Below the pieces are notes generated by a model. The model made no database searches. It worked only from the letters and a program-made list of their open reading frames with translations, and was not told the origin of the DNA. The translations under genes were made by a program, and so were the position numbers. From the IMG/VR virus record IMGVR_UViG_3300014205_000001, positions 96,001-160,000 of that record: a stretch of DNA of 64,000 bases; one strand, written 5' to 3'. The stretch is from a virus. Its lineage: Duplodnaviria > Heunggongvirae > Uroviricota > Caudoviricetes. This document shows positions 37,421-46,469 of this stretch, in pieces (within the stretch, counting starts at the first letter, position 1; each line of letters opens with the position of its first letter).

Positions 37421-38259
37421 TTTGTTTCGTATAAGAGTTTAAACATTTTACCACCACAGGCTCGTAAATTATGTCCTGTTTCGACTTCAATGACAGTTGA
37501 TTGAATATACATTTTCTTTAAATAGTCGTGCATCATTTTGTTACATTCAGTAAATCCTTCATCTTTCGTATTATCAATGATGATTGTATTAGCAGGATTT
37601 AATTGTCGATAATCAAGATAATTTTGCGTAATTAATTGTACTGCTTCGTCCACAAAACCTGAAATAAAAATTACGTGTTTTAATTTCATTCTCGTTGCTA
37701 AGGATGCCATTTGAATACCACCATTGCTATGACCCATTACTGAAATATCCGATATTGATCGAAACAAATCTGAATAGGTTGTCGTAGTTAATAATTCAAC
37801 AATTGTTTGATTGCTTTGTTGAAAGGTACGATTCCAATATAAATTTTTATCGGCTAAATATAAAAGATTGAATCCGTAATGATCAGCCCATTTGGCATAG
37901 CGACTCATTTTGAAAGTACGTTTTGCGTCGCAACCATAACCTGCTAAAATAATTAATAAAGGTCGAGGTTTTTTATTCCCATAAAATACACACCATAAAT
38001 GTTTATATTCAAAAGATTTGGGAGTATGTTGATAATATTTAAAGTCAGGTAAATTAGTACCACAGCTTTCACAAATACACATATCACTAAACCGACCGTA
38101 TTTATAATATACAGATTGTGATTGACAGCTTTTACATTCCAAAGGAAAGATACTTTTGTAATCAGCTGTCAGTTTTTCAGGTTTAGGCTTCTTGTTTTTG
38201 TTTTGCATCTTTATTAATTTTCTTGATTTGTTTGACAGTGATGTTGCCATTAATCTCAT
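37417..38259 (-). CDS. Zinc ribbon plus alpha/beta-hydrolase (esterase-like); likely start about 38208
   Basis: CKSC..CESC; nucleophile elbow GHSNGG; distal D and GH. Confidence 0.75.
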   Translation of the reverse strand: MRLMATSLSNKSRKLIKMQNKNKKPKPEKLTADYKSIFPLECKSCQSQSVYYKYGRFSDMCICESCGTNLPDFKYYQHTPKSFEYKHLWCVFYGNKKPRPLLIILAGYGCDAKRTFKMSRYAKWADHYGFNLLYLADKNLYWNRTFQQSNQTIVELLTTTTYSDLFRSISDISVMGHSNGGIQMASLATRMKLKHVIFISGFVDEAVQLITQNYLDYRQLNPANTIIIDNTKDEGFTECNKMMHDYLKKMYIQSTVIEVETGHNLRACGGKMFKLLYETK

Positions 38260-38599
38260 CTTCTGACATTAAGTCTTCAATGCTATATTTTTGTAATAAA
38301 CGATACACTGAACGATCTGCCATATTCAATAATTGTGCAGTTACTACTCTACGATGTTGCGAGATATGATTAGCAAGACGCAGTCGTAGTTCTTCGTCAC
38401 CTAATAATTTGACAACAACATCTGGAATGAACATTGCTTTATCTTTAGGTACCATGACTGCATCTTCCGTAATACAATCGAAACCAATGTAATGTGTTTC
38501 AGTTTCTTCCGATAAGGTAAGAATTTTGTTGCCACAAATAATCAATCGGGCTAATTGGGCGGAAATTTCCTTTTTGTAAATCAATTCATTTATGTCCAT
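38183..38599 (-). CDS. Protein with C-terminal Fis-type helix-turn-helix
   Basis: RRVVTAQLLNMADRSVYRLLQKY; start at ATG 38599. Confidence 0.65.
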   Translation of the reverse strand: MDINELIYKKEISAQLARLIICGNKILTLSEETETHYIGFDCITEDAVMVPKDKAMFIPDVVVKLLGDEELRLRLANHISQHRRVVTAQLLNMADRSVYRLLQKYSIEDLMSEDEINGNITVKQIKKINKDAKQKQEA

Positions 38600-38692
38600 A
38601 AAAGTATAGTTTGTGTACTGTAAATATATGCATAATTTTTGAAATAAAAAACATGTCAAACTGCTGACTAAATCACCATTTATAAAAGACTT

Positions 38693-38720
38693 TAAACTAA
38701 CTTGCAAAAGTCAAATATAA
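38693..38720 (+). promoter_or_regulatory. Class III promoter TAAAC-N17-ATATAA; other copies 4804, 6758, 46410, 49102-49129(-), 54691, 55891, 57527
   Basis: Eight copies with exact 17-nt spacer, all just upstream of starts. Confidence 0.8.
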
Positions 38721-38725
38721 TAGGT

Positions 38726-38911
38726 ATGGAAATAGATAAAAGTTTCTGTCTCAAACGTATTGATGAACAGATTGATTACATTGCAAAAAACGATTGGTTG
38801 TATTTTACAGCCCAAATGGATTATGATCGTTATAATTTGATTAATCAATCAGCACAAGGAATATTGAATTATTTTTTAGCCAAACTTAAAACGTTTACAG
38901 ATGAAAATTAA
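38726..38911 (+). CDS. Small hypothetical protein
   Basis: ATG 38726 directly after promoter. Confidence 0.6.
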   Translation: MEIDKSFCLKRIDEQIDYIAKNDWLYFTAQMDYDRYNLINQSAQGILNYFLAKLKTFTDEN

Positions 38912-39116
38912 AGAAACAACTACGATTGAGTTATCAAAAAAAGAATTAACTGATCTCATTAAAAAGCATTTGATCACAAAAGGTTACGATGTGAAAGATG
39001 TTTCGTTCAATACGAAAAATGAATATGATGATGCAGATTGGGAAGGACGTTATGGTCCCACAACAGTATTTGATAATGTTTCATGTACAGTGAAAAAAGA
39101 ATGTACCCAGGAGTAG
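38901..39116 (+). CDS. Small hypothetical protein
   Basis: 71 aa ORF. Confidence 0.65.
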   Translation: MKIKETTTIELSKKELTDLIKKHLITKGYDVKDVSFNTKNEYDDADWEGRYGPTTVFDNVSCTVKKECTQE

Positions 39117-39991
39117 AAAATATACCTGATACTGGTTTAAGTATTAATGAAGCTAATTACTTTATTAGTTTATTACAAAATCAAATACGGAATCAAGCTT
39201 ATGTAGAAAACCGTGCCAAGACTGCCAATCGAATGTTTTGTTTTGGTTTACGTTGGGCGAGAATTATTCCTAATTATGGCGAGTTAAGTAAACAAGTAGG
39301 TCAAGGTCAACGACCTGATCGTGTCTTTTTGAAAGCATATAACGATGGGATTTATGGTTACTTTAAAACAGATCAAAATAATATTCCCATTCCACCCTTA
39401 TCTGATTTACAACCCATTATTGATTTTATTGAAGATCAATTAGGAATTGAGATGAAAGATTACGATTCGATGTTAGGAAATATTTATGAGAATAATAGTT
39501 TCATTCATCAGCATCGTGATACGAGTGAAAGTAAAGATGCTAGAAATTATCCCGTAATTGTAATTAATTTGGGAGCCAGTGGTGGATTGATGTACGATAA
39601 AATAAGTAGCGATAAAGACTTATCAGGTACTGATGCCTATAAAGAATTTGAAACAGCATTACAAAAAACATCCTATCATGAACGTATTGGATTACTTCCC
39701 ATTAAAAATGGAGGTATTTATGCGTTTGGTGTAGAAGGTGTGAATCGATTTACATTTAATCATCGAATTGTTGATGGTATAGGTACGTGTCCCACTCAGC
39801 CTTTATTTGTACCTAATTGGGATGCAAAAGGCAATAAAATAGGTGAAATTGAACTGAAAAAGTATCGTATTACGCTGACATTTCGGCGTTCGCAAGATTT
39901 AACGAAAGATATTGATAAAACACCTAAACGATTTAAACAACCGATCATTACGGAACCTATAATACGTAGAGGACCACAAAGTATATTTTAA
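39083..39991 (+). CDS. AlkB-like 2OG-Fe(II) dioxygenase
   Basis: N.Y, HRD (HxD), VINLG, distal H, RITLTFR. Confidence 0.85.
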   Translation: MYSEKRMYPGVENIPDTGLSINEANYFISLLQNQIRNQAYVENRAKTANRMFCFGLRWARIIPNYGELSKQVGQGQRPDRVFLKAYNDGIYGYFKTDQNNIPIPPLSDLQPIIDFIEDQLGIEMKDYDSMLGNIYENNSFIHQHRDTSESKDARNYPVIVINLGASGGLMYDKISSDKDLSGTDAYKEFETALQKTSYHERIGLLPIKNGGIYAFGVEGVNRFTFNHRIVDGIGTCPTQPLFVPNWDAKGNKIGEIELKKYRITLTFRRSQDLTKDIDKTPKRFKQPIITEPIIRRGPQSIF

Positions 39992-39992
39992 C

Positions 39993-40319
39993 ATGATAAT
40001 GACACAAAAATTTTCAAAAGACGACCTCAAAAAAGTATTTACGCAATACTTAGCCGCACAAGGTTATAAATTAGAATCACTTACCGTTGATATTAACTAT
40101 TCAGAATTTAGTTCTGTGACTTGTAATATTACTGAAGCAAAACCTACGAAAACATTTATTATAACTGTGGGTCATTTAACTCCTGAGGAAGCACAAAAGA
40201 ATATTCAGAAAATGATTGCTGCATATCGCGAAGTAATTACACTTACTGAAGATAAAGGCATTGATTATATCTTGCCACAAAGTAATATTCAAATCGAAAA
40301 TAACAATAATGAAAACTGA
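39993..40319 (+). CDS. Hypothetical protein
   Basis: 108 aa ORF. Confidence 0.6.
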   Translation: MIMTQKFSKDDLKKVFTQYLAAQGYKLESLTVDINYSEFSSVTCNITEAKPTKTFIITVGHLTPEEAQKNIQKMIAAYREVITLTEDKGIDYILPQSNIQIENNNNEN

Positions 40320-40743
40320 AGACGAAGCAAGTATTGAAGCTTGTAAAATATTGCGTAAACAAGAAATTGGTTTAGATCATCCTAACATAGAAGCTTATGA
40401 TGACGAATATGTCATGCGTAATTATCCTATTGAATGGGCCATGTTTATGGAAGGCTGGAAATTTGCAAATAGTAAAGATGAAATTGTAATTAGTGACCCA
40501 AAAGGTTTATTACATCAAATGTCAATGGATATGTTTGCTGATAAAGGACATAAAGTAACTGTGACGGAACAAAGCATCAATAATGGTTACGAATACGATA
40601 AGCAAAAAGCCCAAAAATTTTTAAAAGTGGGTGGAATTTATACAGTAGAAAATACTGATGTAGAAAATTTCAGTTCAACAGTTGAGTTACAAGAATTTCC
40701 TGGGCAGAATTTCAATACTGTGAACTTTGTAGATGTAAAATAA
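40261..40743 (+). CDS. Hypothetical phage protein (start probably 40309)
   Basis: YTVE.T.V....TV.L.EFP...FN.V.F C-terminus. Confidence 0.7.
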   Translation: MIISCHKVIFKSKITIMKTEDEASIEACKILRKQEIGLDHPNIEAYDDEYVMRNYPIEWAMFMEGWKFANSKDEIVISDPKGLLHQMSMDMFADKGHKVTVTEQSINNGYEYDKQKAQKFLKVGGIYTVENTDVENFSSTVELQEFPGQNFNTVNFVDVK

Positions 40744-40763
40744 AAAGAATACAAAATATATAA

Positions 40764-41354
40764 ATGAGTAAAAAATTCGAACATCCTACACTTGTAGTGA
40801 ACTACATGGGTGGACCTGGTTGTGGAAAAAGTACATCTGCTGCACACTTATTTGCCAAATTAAAATGGGCAGGTATTGGTTGTGAGTTAGTGACTGAATA
40901 CGCAAAGCATGTAACGTGGGAACAAGCCACGTATAAATTAAGTAATCAAACTTATTTGTTTGGTAAACAACATCATCGTCAATTTATCTTAAAAGATAAA
41001 GTACGTGTGATCGTAACCGATTCGCCAATTGTGTTGGGTTGTATTTACGATCAAGGTAAAACAGACTATCTAAAAGAATTGATGATGAGTGAGTTCAATA
41101 AGTTTTGGAACTTAAATATCTTTTTAAGTAGACAAAAAGAATATGACCCAGTAGGTCGTAATCAAACTTTAGAAGAAGCGATTGATAAAGATAACGAAAT
41201 GTTAACTTTTTTACGCGATAACAAAATTAGCCATTTAGGTTTACCCGGCACAGAAAGAAGTGTTGATATTATATATAATAAGGTACTCCAAATGATAGGT
41301 GAAGCTCATTCTCCTATTGTCGCAGAAATAAAAACTGCGGAGGATAATTCTTAA
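40764..41354 (+). CDS. P-loop kinase/ATPase (AAA_28, NadR-like)
   Basis: GGPGCGKST, ELVTEYAK, IVTDSP, GRNQ. Confidence 0.85.
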   Translation: MSKKFEHPTLVVNYMGGPGCGKSTSAAHLFAKLKWAGIGCELVTEYAKHVTWEQATYKLSNQTYLFGKQHHRQFILKDKVRVIVTDSPIVLGCIYDQGKTDYLKELMMSEFNKFWNLNIFLSRQKEYDPVGRNQTLEEAIDKDNEMLTFLRDNKISHLGLPGTERSVDIIYNKVLQMIGEAHSPIVAEIKTAEDNS

Positions 41355-41355
41355 T

Positions 41356-42162
41356 ATGATAACCAAAGAAATACTACTTGAAAAATTAAAATACTACCAA
41401 GATAAAAATTTCACATTCGACGAAGCAGCTCACGTTTATACATTAGACGGGAAAATTGTATACGGTGTAACATCCTTTCTGAATCGTTTTGTAAAACCTT
41501 TTGACTCTGATTATTGGAGTAAAAAGAAAGCAGATGATGAAGGCATCACGCAAGAAGAAATGTTGAAGCGTTGGGATGACAAACGTGATCGAAGTTGCGA
41601 ATTAGGTCATAATGTTCATGATTGGATTGAACATTTTTACGAAAACAATGTTACGAAACCTACCAAAGATGCTGAAGCGAATGAACGAATTGAAAAATTT
41701 AAATTAATTTATGAAAGTAAATTAAAAAATTTAGAATCAATTGGTAGTGAAATAAGAATTTTTAGTCGTAAATACAACATTGCAGGTACGATCGATAAAT
41801 TATATTTATGGGAAGGACAAGTAATTGTAGGTGACTGGAAAACTAATAAACAAATTAAGACTGATAAAGATTTTTGTTTTGGTAAGTTACTTTATCCTTT
41901 TGAAAAGTATAAAGAAAACGAACTTAATAAATACTCGTTACAAATTAGTTTGTATCAGTTACTATTAGAAGAAGCAGGAATCGAATCTGATTATGGATTT
42001 ATTTGTCACATACCTGGTGAAGGTGAAGCAAAGATTTATAAGTTAAAAGATTTCCGTGCTGATTTACGTACGTATTTTAATCACGATTGGTTGAATCACG
42101 ATCCGAATGCGATTCCTATTCATGAAGCAAAAGAACCTACAAAAATATCTAAAATTTGGTAG
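41356..42162 (+). CDS. PD-(D/E)XK exonuclease (Cas4/RecB-like fold)
   Basis: G..VH, E, AGTID, DWKT, YSLQISLY. Confidence 0.85.
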   Translation: MITKEILLEKLKYYQDKNFTFDEAAHVYTLDGKIVYGVTSFLNRFVKPFDSDYWSKKKADDEGITQEEMLKRWDDKRDRSCELGHNVHDWIEHFYENNVTKPTKDAEANERIEKFKLIYESKLKNLESIGSEIRIFSRKYNIAGTIDKLYLWEGQVIVGDWKTNKQIKTDKDFCFGKLLYPFEKYKENELNKYSLQISLYQLLLEEAGIESDYGFICHIPGEGEAKIYKLKDFRADLRTYFNHDWLNHDPNAIPIHEAKEPTKISKIW

Positions 42163-42447
42163 ATGAAATTAATTCTATGTAAACAATGTAATGATGTCGT
42201 TCGTTTAATGACGAACGACATTCGTTTTTGTAAATGTAAAGCATCCGCAGGTGTTTATATAGATAATATTAATGCAATATTTAGTGGTGTACATTGTATA
42301 CCTTTAGGTATTGATAATACGACGCTATCCAAAGCTGTACACAGACGCGAAACAATTTATTACGATAATACGTTTCAAGCATTTATTGTACACGAATATT
42401 CCGAAACATTTAAACGAGTAGACAATGTCGAAACCAGCAAGAAATAA
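42163..42447 (+). CDS. Zinc-binding hypothetical phage protein
   Basis: CKQC..CKC. Confidence 0.7.
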   Translation: MKLILCKQCNDVVRLMTNDIRFCKCKASAGVYIDNINAIFSGVHCIPLGIDNTTLSKAVHRRETIYYDNTFQAFIVHEYSETFKRVDNVETSKK

Positions 42448-42748
42448 ACAAGCACGTAGTAAACCTGCTAAAACGAGTAGCAATCGTAATGTGCAACCTG
42501 ATGATGAAATTATCAAAAGTAGCATTATGAAATATGCAGAAGAGATGTTCGACTTTGATGAACAAGGAAATGTCATCAAACGAAAAGTTGATGGACGTGG
42601 AATGAAAATTGAAGAAGAAGACCCTGAAATAAATCCTGAATCAATCAAAGAAAAAGAACAAAAGAAAGTAAAACTTCAGAAGCAAAAGAAACGTATCGTA
42701 AATTCTAATACTGGTATTTCTTTTGGAGATTTACTTAATGATGATTAA
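42425..42748 (+). CDS. Charged hypothetical protein
   Basis: 107 aa ORF. Confidence 0.6.
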   Translation: MSKPARNKQARSKPAKTSSNRNVQPDDEIIKSSIMKYAEEMFDFDEQGNVIKRKVDGRGMKIEEEDPEINPESIKEKEQKKVKLQKQKKRIVNSNTGISFGDLLNDD

Positions 42749-43173
42749 TTAATAGGTTCACTCGTACCTTGATCAACTGAACGAGTATCGTTAATTAAAG
42801 GCAACGATAATGTTACATCAATATTATGTGTGCCATAATTAACAGTGCGTTTATTGAACCATTCTGCTAATTTATTGTAAGTTTCAAAACTCAAAGCAGG
42901 ATTCAGTAAACTTGATTTAGCTGTCCACCATTCGTTTACATTACTTTGTATTTCTCCAGTTGGATGATATGTTATACGATCAATATCGTAACCTTGTTTT
43001 GTACTTAATTGAATATAATAATTATCTTCAACTATACCATAAGATACTTTAAAAGTAGATTCAATTTGCTGTATTAATGACTCTGATAAAACTCCCATAA
43101 AAATATTACGAGCTTCGTCATTAGAATTATTTTCGTTTAAGAATTTTTTAAATTCGTTAATTGTTGTTATCAT
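42745..43173 (-). CDS. Putative internal head protein (MITTINEFKKFLNE leader)
   Basis: Shared leader. Confidence 0.7.
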   Translation of the reverse strand: MITTINEFKKFLNENNSNDEARNIFMGVLSESLIQQIESTFKVSYGIVEDNYYIQLSTKQGYDIDRITYHPTGEIQSNVNEWWTAKSSLLNPALSFETYNKLAEWFNKRTVNYGTHNIDVTLSLPLINDTRSVDQGTSEPIN

Positions 43174-43174
43174 A

Positions 43175-44116
43175 TTATTTGTTCATTGAATCGTTGTATT
43201 CGATAGTCCAACCTAATTCTTCTAATTTTTTACAAGCAGCTGCAATAGTATTGTCAAATTCTGTATCACCTTGTTCCGGCATTAAAATATTTTCTAAAGA
43301 TAATGCAACATCACCTTCGTGAGCTGTATCTGTTAAACCATATTCTTCACCTAAATAACTAATTAATTTTGGAATTAGTTCTTCCATGTTAATAGCTGTA
43401 GTTTGTGTAGTTGTTTCAGGTACTTGTGTTTTTGGTTTAAATGAATCTTGATTTTGTACTTCACTTTCACGTACATCAGTTCCTAAATCAGCACCATCGA
43501 TGTCAATACTAAAATCAGAATTAGGATGAATTTTATCTGTAAAAGTATATACAAAATCTTCGTTACTTATATAATTTAATTGACGTGCCCAATAATATCC
43601 TTCTTCACCTGGAGTTGTACCTTCAGCAGCTTCCCAAAATTCATTATCATTATCGGCATTTATATTATCAGGTGCGTACCATGTTTTTACATCAAATAAT
43701 ATTTTTTTCACTTCTTCTTCAGTACCATATTGAAGTAATGGATTTTCTGTTTTGCTATCAATATCTTCAGCATCAATTGCGCCTAATTGTGTAATCATAG
43801 CTGCAACTACTTCTGTGTTAATAGAACCTACTGCTTGAAAATATCCACGAATTTCGTTTTCAGTTTCAGGAGTTAATGCTTTAATAGGCACATCTGCTTC
43901 TGAGTTCCAATCATGAATTGCTTCTTCTAATGCTTCTTCTAAATTATTATATACTGTAGGATTTTTATTAAAATCACTAGTTGCATAACCATTCCAATAC
44001 TCTACAGTATTTGACATTGGAGTAGTATCAGTTGTGCCACCTGTTGGGTTATTGCCAAAATCCATGTGAGCTTCAGCAAGATATTTTTTAAATTCGTTGA
44101 TAGATGTAATTTTCAT
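43175..44116 (-). CDS. Putative internal head protein (MKITSINEFKKYLAE leader), very acidic
   Basis: Shared leader; late motif at 44123-44131. Confidence 0.7.
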   Translation of the reverse strand: MKITSINEFKKYLAEAHMDFGNNPTGGTTDTTPMSNTVEYWNGYATSDFNKNPTVYNNLEEALEEAIHDWNSEADVPIKALTPETENEIRGYFQAVGSINTEVVAAMITQLGAIDAEDIDSKTENPLLQYGTEEEVKKILFDVKTWYAPDNINADNDNEFWEAAEGTTPGEEGYYWARQLNYISNEDFVYTFTDKIHPNSDFSIDIDGADLGTDVRESEVQNQDSFKPKTQVPETTTQTTAINMEELIPKLISYLGEEYGLTDTAHEGDVALSLENILMPEQGDTEFDNTIAAACKKLEELGWTIEYNDSMNK

Positions 44117-44136
44117 AGTAAGTTATATATTATTTA

Positions 44137-44733
44137 TTAATGGAAGTAATCGACACTATCGTCTAAAATACCATCATTTATTGTTGTAGGATTGATATAT
44201 TCGATGCTTTTTAAGGAAAAACGATTAAATTCGTTAATTATTTTCTGAACAGTATCGATCATTTCTTCTTTTGTTAATGTAACTGGGTCAGTTGTAAAAG
44301 AATTTTTTTCAATAATTTTTTTATTTGATGAATCAGTTGTATTAAGAATAATGAAAAAATGATTATCTAAAAAATCGTTATCTGCATTCCAACCATAATA
44401 CATTGTTGTACCTTGTTGAATTGATTTACGATGTTCTGAATAAATTTTATATTCACTAATATCTTTTTTGTATACTATATCTAAAGGACCTACATCAAAA
44501 GTTAATATTTGTTTAGGATTATTTTCTTCGTATAAAATTCTTTTAAATCCTGGAAGTGCAGGAATGTTTTGTGGCATACGTCCAAATACTTCGACACCTG
44601 GACGATCATCTTCACCTGTGCGATTACCGTAAGGATTTATCACACGATTCATTTGTGATTTAGGAATCATATTTATTTTGAAGTTTTTAGGTGCTTCAAA
44701 TGATTCACGAAATTCTTCAATTGAAGTAATCAT
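44137..44733 (-). CDS. Putative internal head protein (MITSIEEFRE leader)
   Basis: Shared leader. Confidence 0.7.
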   Translation of the reverse strand: MITSIEEFRESFEAPKNFKINMIPKSQMNRVINPYGNRTGEDDRPGVEVFGRMPQNIPALPGFKRILYEENNPKQILTFDVGPLDIVYKKDISEYKIYSEHRKSIQQGTTMYYGWNADNDFLDNHFFIILNTTDSSNKKIIEKNSFTTDPVTLTKEEMIDTVQKIINEFNRFSLKSIEYINPTTINDGILDDSVDYFH

Positions 44734-44918
44734 TATTTATCTTTTAAATAATTTTTTACAAATTCAGATGCTTCATTACGATAGCTACCTTCATCTTTTA
44801 TTCCTTGATCGTTATACTGTTTAGCAACGTGCATGTACACATCTTCTAACATATTTTCAATGTCAGTTTTTTTATACAGCTTAGGAACATTTTGAAATTC
44901 GTTAATTGAAGTTATCAT
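44733..44918 (-). CDS. Putative internal head protein (MITSINEFQ leader)
   Basis: Shared leader, 61 aa. Confidence 0.65.
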   Translation of the reverse strand: MITSINEFQNVPKLYKKTDIENMLEDVYMHVAKQYNDQGIKDEGSYRNEASEFVKNYLKDK

Positions 44919-45997
44919 TATTCAGTAGGTTTGTTATTTGATTTATGAGGTGGCATTGTTTTACGTGGACCTGCATTAGGTACACCTATTGTTGGAGGTA
45001 ATTCACCAGCTTTAAATCCACCACTATGTTGTTGTGTTAACTTATCTAAGCCAGCTTTTAAACCAGTCACTACTGAAACAGGTAAAACTATTCCATGTTT
45101 TTTCATTGCTCTACGATACCAAGTTGCAATTTGACTTAACGTTTGAAACGCATCATAACTATCACTTGGTTTGAAACGTTCTTTATTAGGTTGACGTTCA
45201 CCTTGTTGATCGTATTGAATATACACATAACCATTTTTATAAATTATAGGTTTGTATTTCATTTCAGCTTGCCATGTTCCTGATGTATCAATTACACCGA
45301 TCGGATCACCATCAGTATCAAGTGCTGCAGCGATTAAAGCATTTACTTCATCAACTTTCTTTTGCATTTTTGCAGGAGACACAGGGTCTAAATAACCTTC
45401 TTTAATTAAACGTTTATTTAAATCTGCTAGTTCTTGTGCTCTAAATGGAAATTCTTCTGCAACTTCCATTGTAGAAATAAATGTTTTACGTTCAGGCCCT
45501 ACATATACTTTTACATTTGTGGGATTAATTCTTACAACCCATTGCACTTGTTCAGGATTTAATTCGTGCATGAATGCAGCAATATCTGCTTCAGTACCTG
45601 ACATAACTAAATATTTACCTTGATCACCTAATTCTTTTTTCATTTTTTCAATTTCAAAAGGTAATAAAGTTTCGTTTGTTGAAACTCCTGTGTTAGATAA
45701 ATTTTCAGGATTTGTAATAATGTTTGGTAAATCTTCAACTGATACATTAAATTCTTGTGCAAGCTGTGGAAGTAATTCACTACGTAATTTACCACTTTGT
45801 TTTAATTCAATGTAACGTTGATAAATATTTTGTTCAGTTGCAGTTGGATTAATTAAATCTAATGGTCCTGTTCCTGTACCTAAGTTAGCAGCGTTGGCTT
45901 GTGCACCTCCAGGTTCAGGAGAAGTTAATGTATCATTTGCTATAGGTAGCATTGTTTCTTTAAGAAACTTACGAAATTCAAGAATCGATGTTATCAT
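44918..45997 (-). CDS. Putative internal head protein (MITSILEFRKFLKE leader)
   Basis: Shared leader; late motif at 46002-46010. Confidence 0.7.
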   Translation of the reverse strand: MITSILEFRKFLKETMLPIANDTLTSPEPGGAQANAANLGTGTGPLDLINPTATEQNIYQRYIELKQSGKLRSELLPQLAQEFNVSVEDLPNIITNPENLSNTGVSTNETLLPFEIEKMKKELGDQGKYLVMSGTEADIAAFMHELNPEQVQWVVRINPTNVKVYVGPERKTFISTMEVAEEFPFRAQELADLNKRLIKEGYLDPVSPAKMQKKVDEVNALIAAALDTDGDPIGVIDTSGTWQAEMKYKPIIYKNGYVYIQYDQQGERQPNKERFKPSDSYDAFQTLSQIATWYRRAMKKHGIVLPVSVVTGLKAGLDKLTQQHSGGFKAGELPPTIGVPNAGPRKTMPPHKSNNKPTE

Positions 45998-46001
45998 GAA
46001 T

Positions 46002-46010
46002 TTATATATT
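46002..46010 (-). promoter_or_regulatory. Class IV late-type promoter RATATATA(A); other copies 143, 4326, 4786, 35443, 36408, 44123, 46382, 47666, 49129, 52126, 61843
   Basis: Motif precedes capsid, structural and leader-bearing genes; analogous to T4 late TATAAATA. Confidence 0.7.
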
Positions 46011-46029
46011 AATTTTACAAAACTACAAT

Positions 46030-46057
46030 AAAAAAGCCGGTATTAAACCGGCTTTTT
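46030..46057 (-). terminator. Intrinsic terminator
   Basis: AAAAAGCCGGT..ACCGGCTTTTT. Confidence 0.8.
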
Positions 46058-46076
46058 CTGTAATTTGTAAACAAAC

Positions 46077-46256
46077 TTACGATTTCATCATTCCTGGACT
46101 TTTCCATTCTTTATGAGAACGGATTTCTAATACTTGTTCCATTGACAAGTTAAATTGGTCCCATCCCTGTGCAGAGCAATAACGACTAACGAAATGTTCA
46201 CGTAAACGGATCATTTCGATTTCAGATAAAGCTTCGTTCTTTATTAATTCTACCAT
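46077..46256 (-). CDS. 59-aa protein (not in ORF track)
   Basis: MVELIKNEALSEIEMIRLREHFVSRYCSAQGWD..SPGMMKS; own promoter and terminator. Confidence 0.65.
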   Translation of the reverse strand: MVELIKNEALSEIEMIRLREHFVSRYCSAQGWDQFNLSMEQVLEIRSHKEWKSPGMMKS

Positions 46257-46469
46257 TGTAATTTTGAATTTAATTTTTTTATTGTGTTTTTATTGGTTTG
46301 TTTATTTTGTCACTCGTAAGGTTTGCGCATTTTATGAATAATATCTAAATGGGCACGTTTGTTTGGAGTAACCGGTATAATTTATATATGTGAACTTCAA
46401 AAATGAATTTAAACTTTTTTGATGCTTTACAATATAACCTATTATTAATCAATTCAATTAATTTCACAA

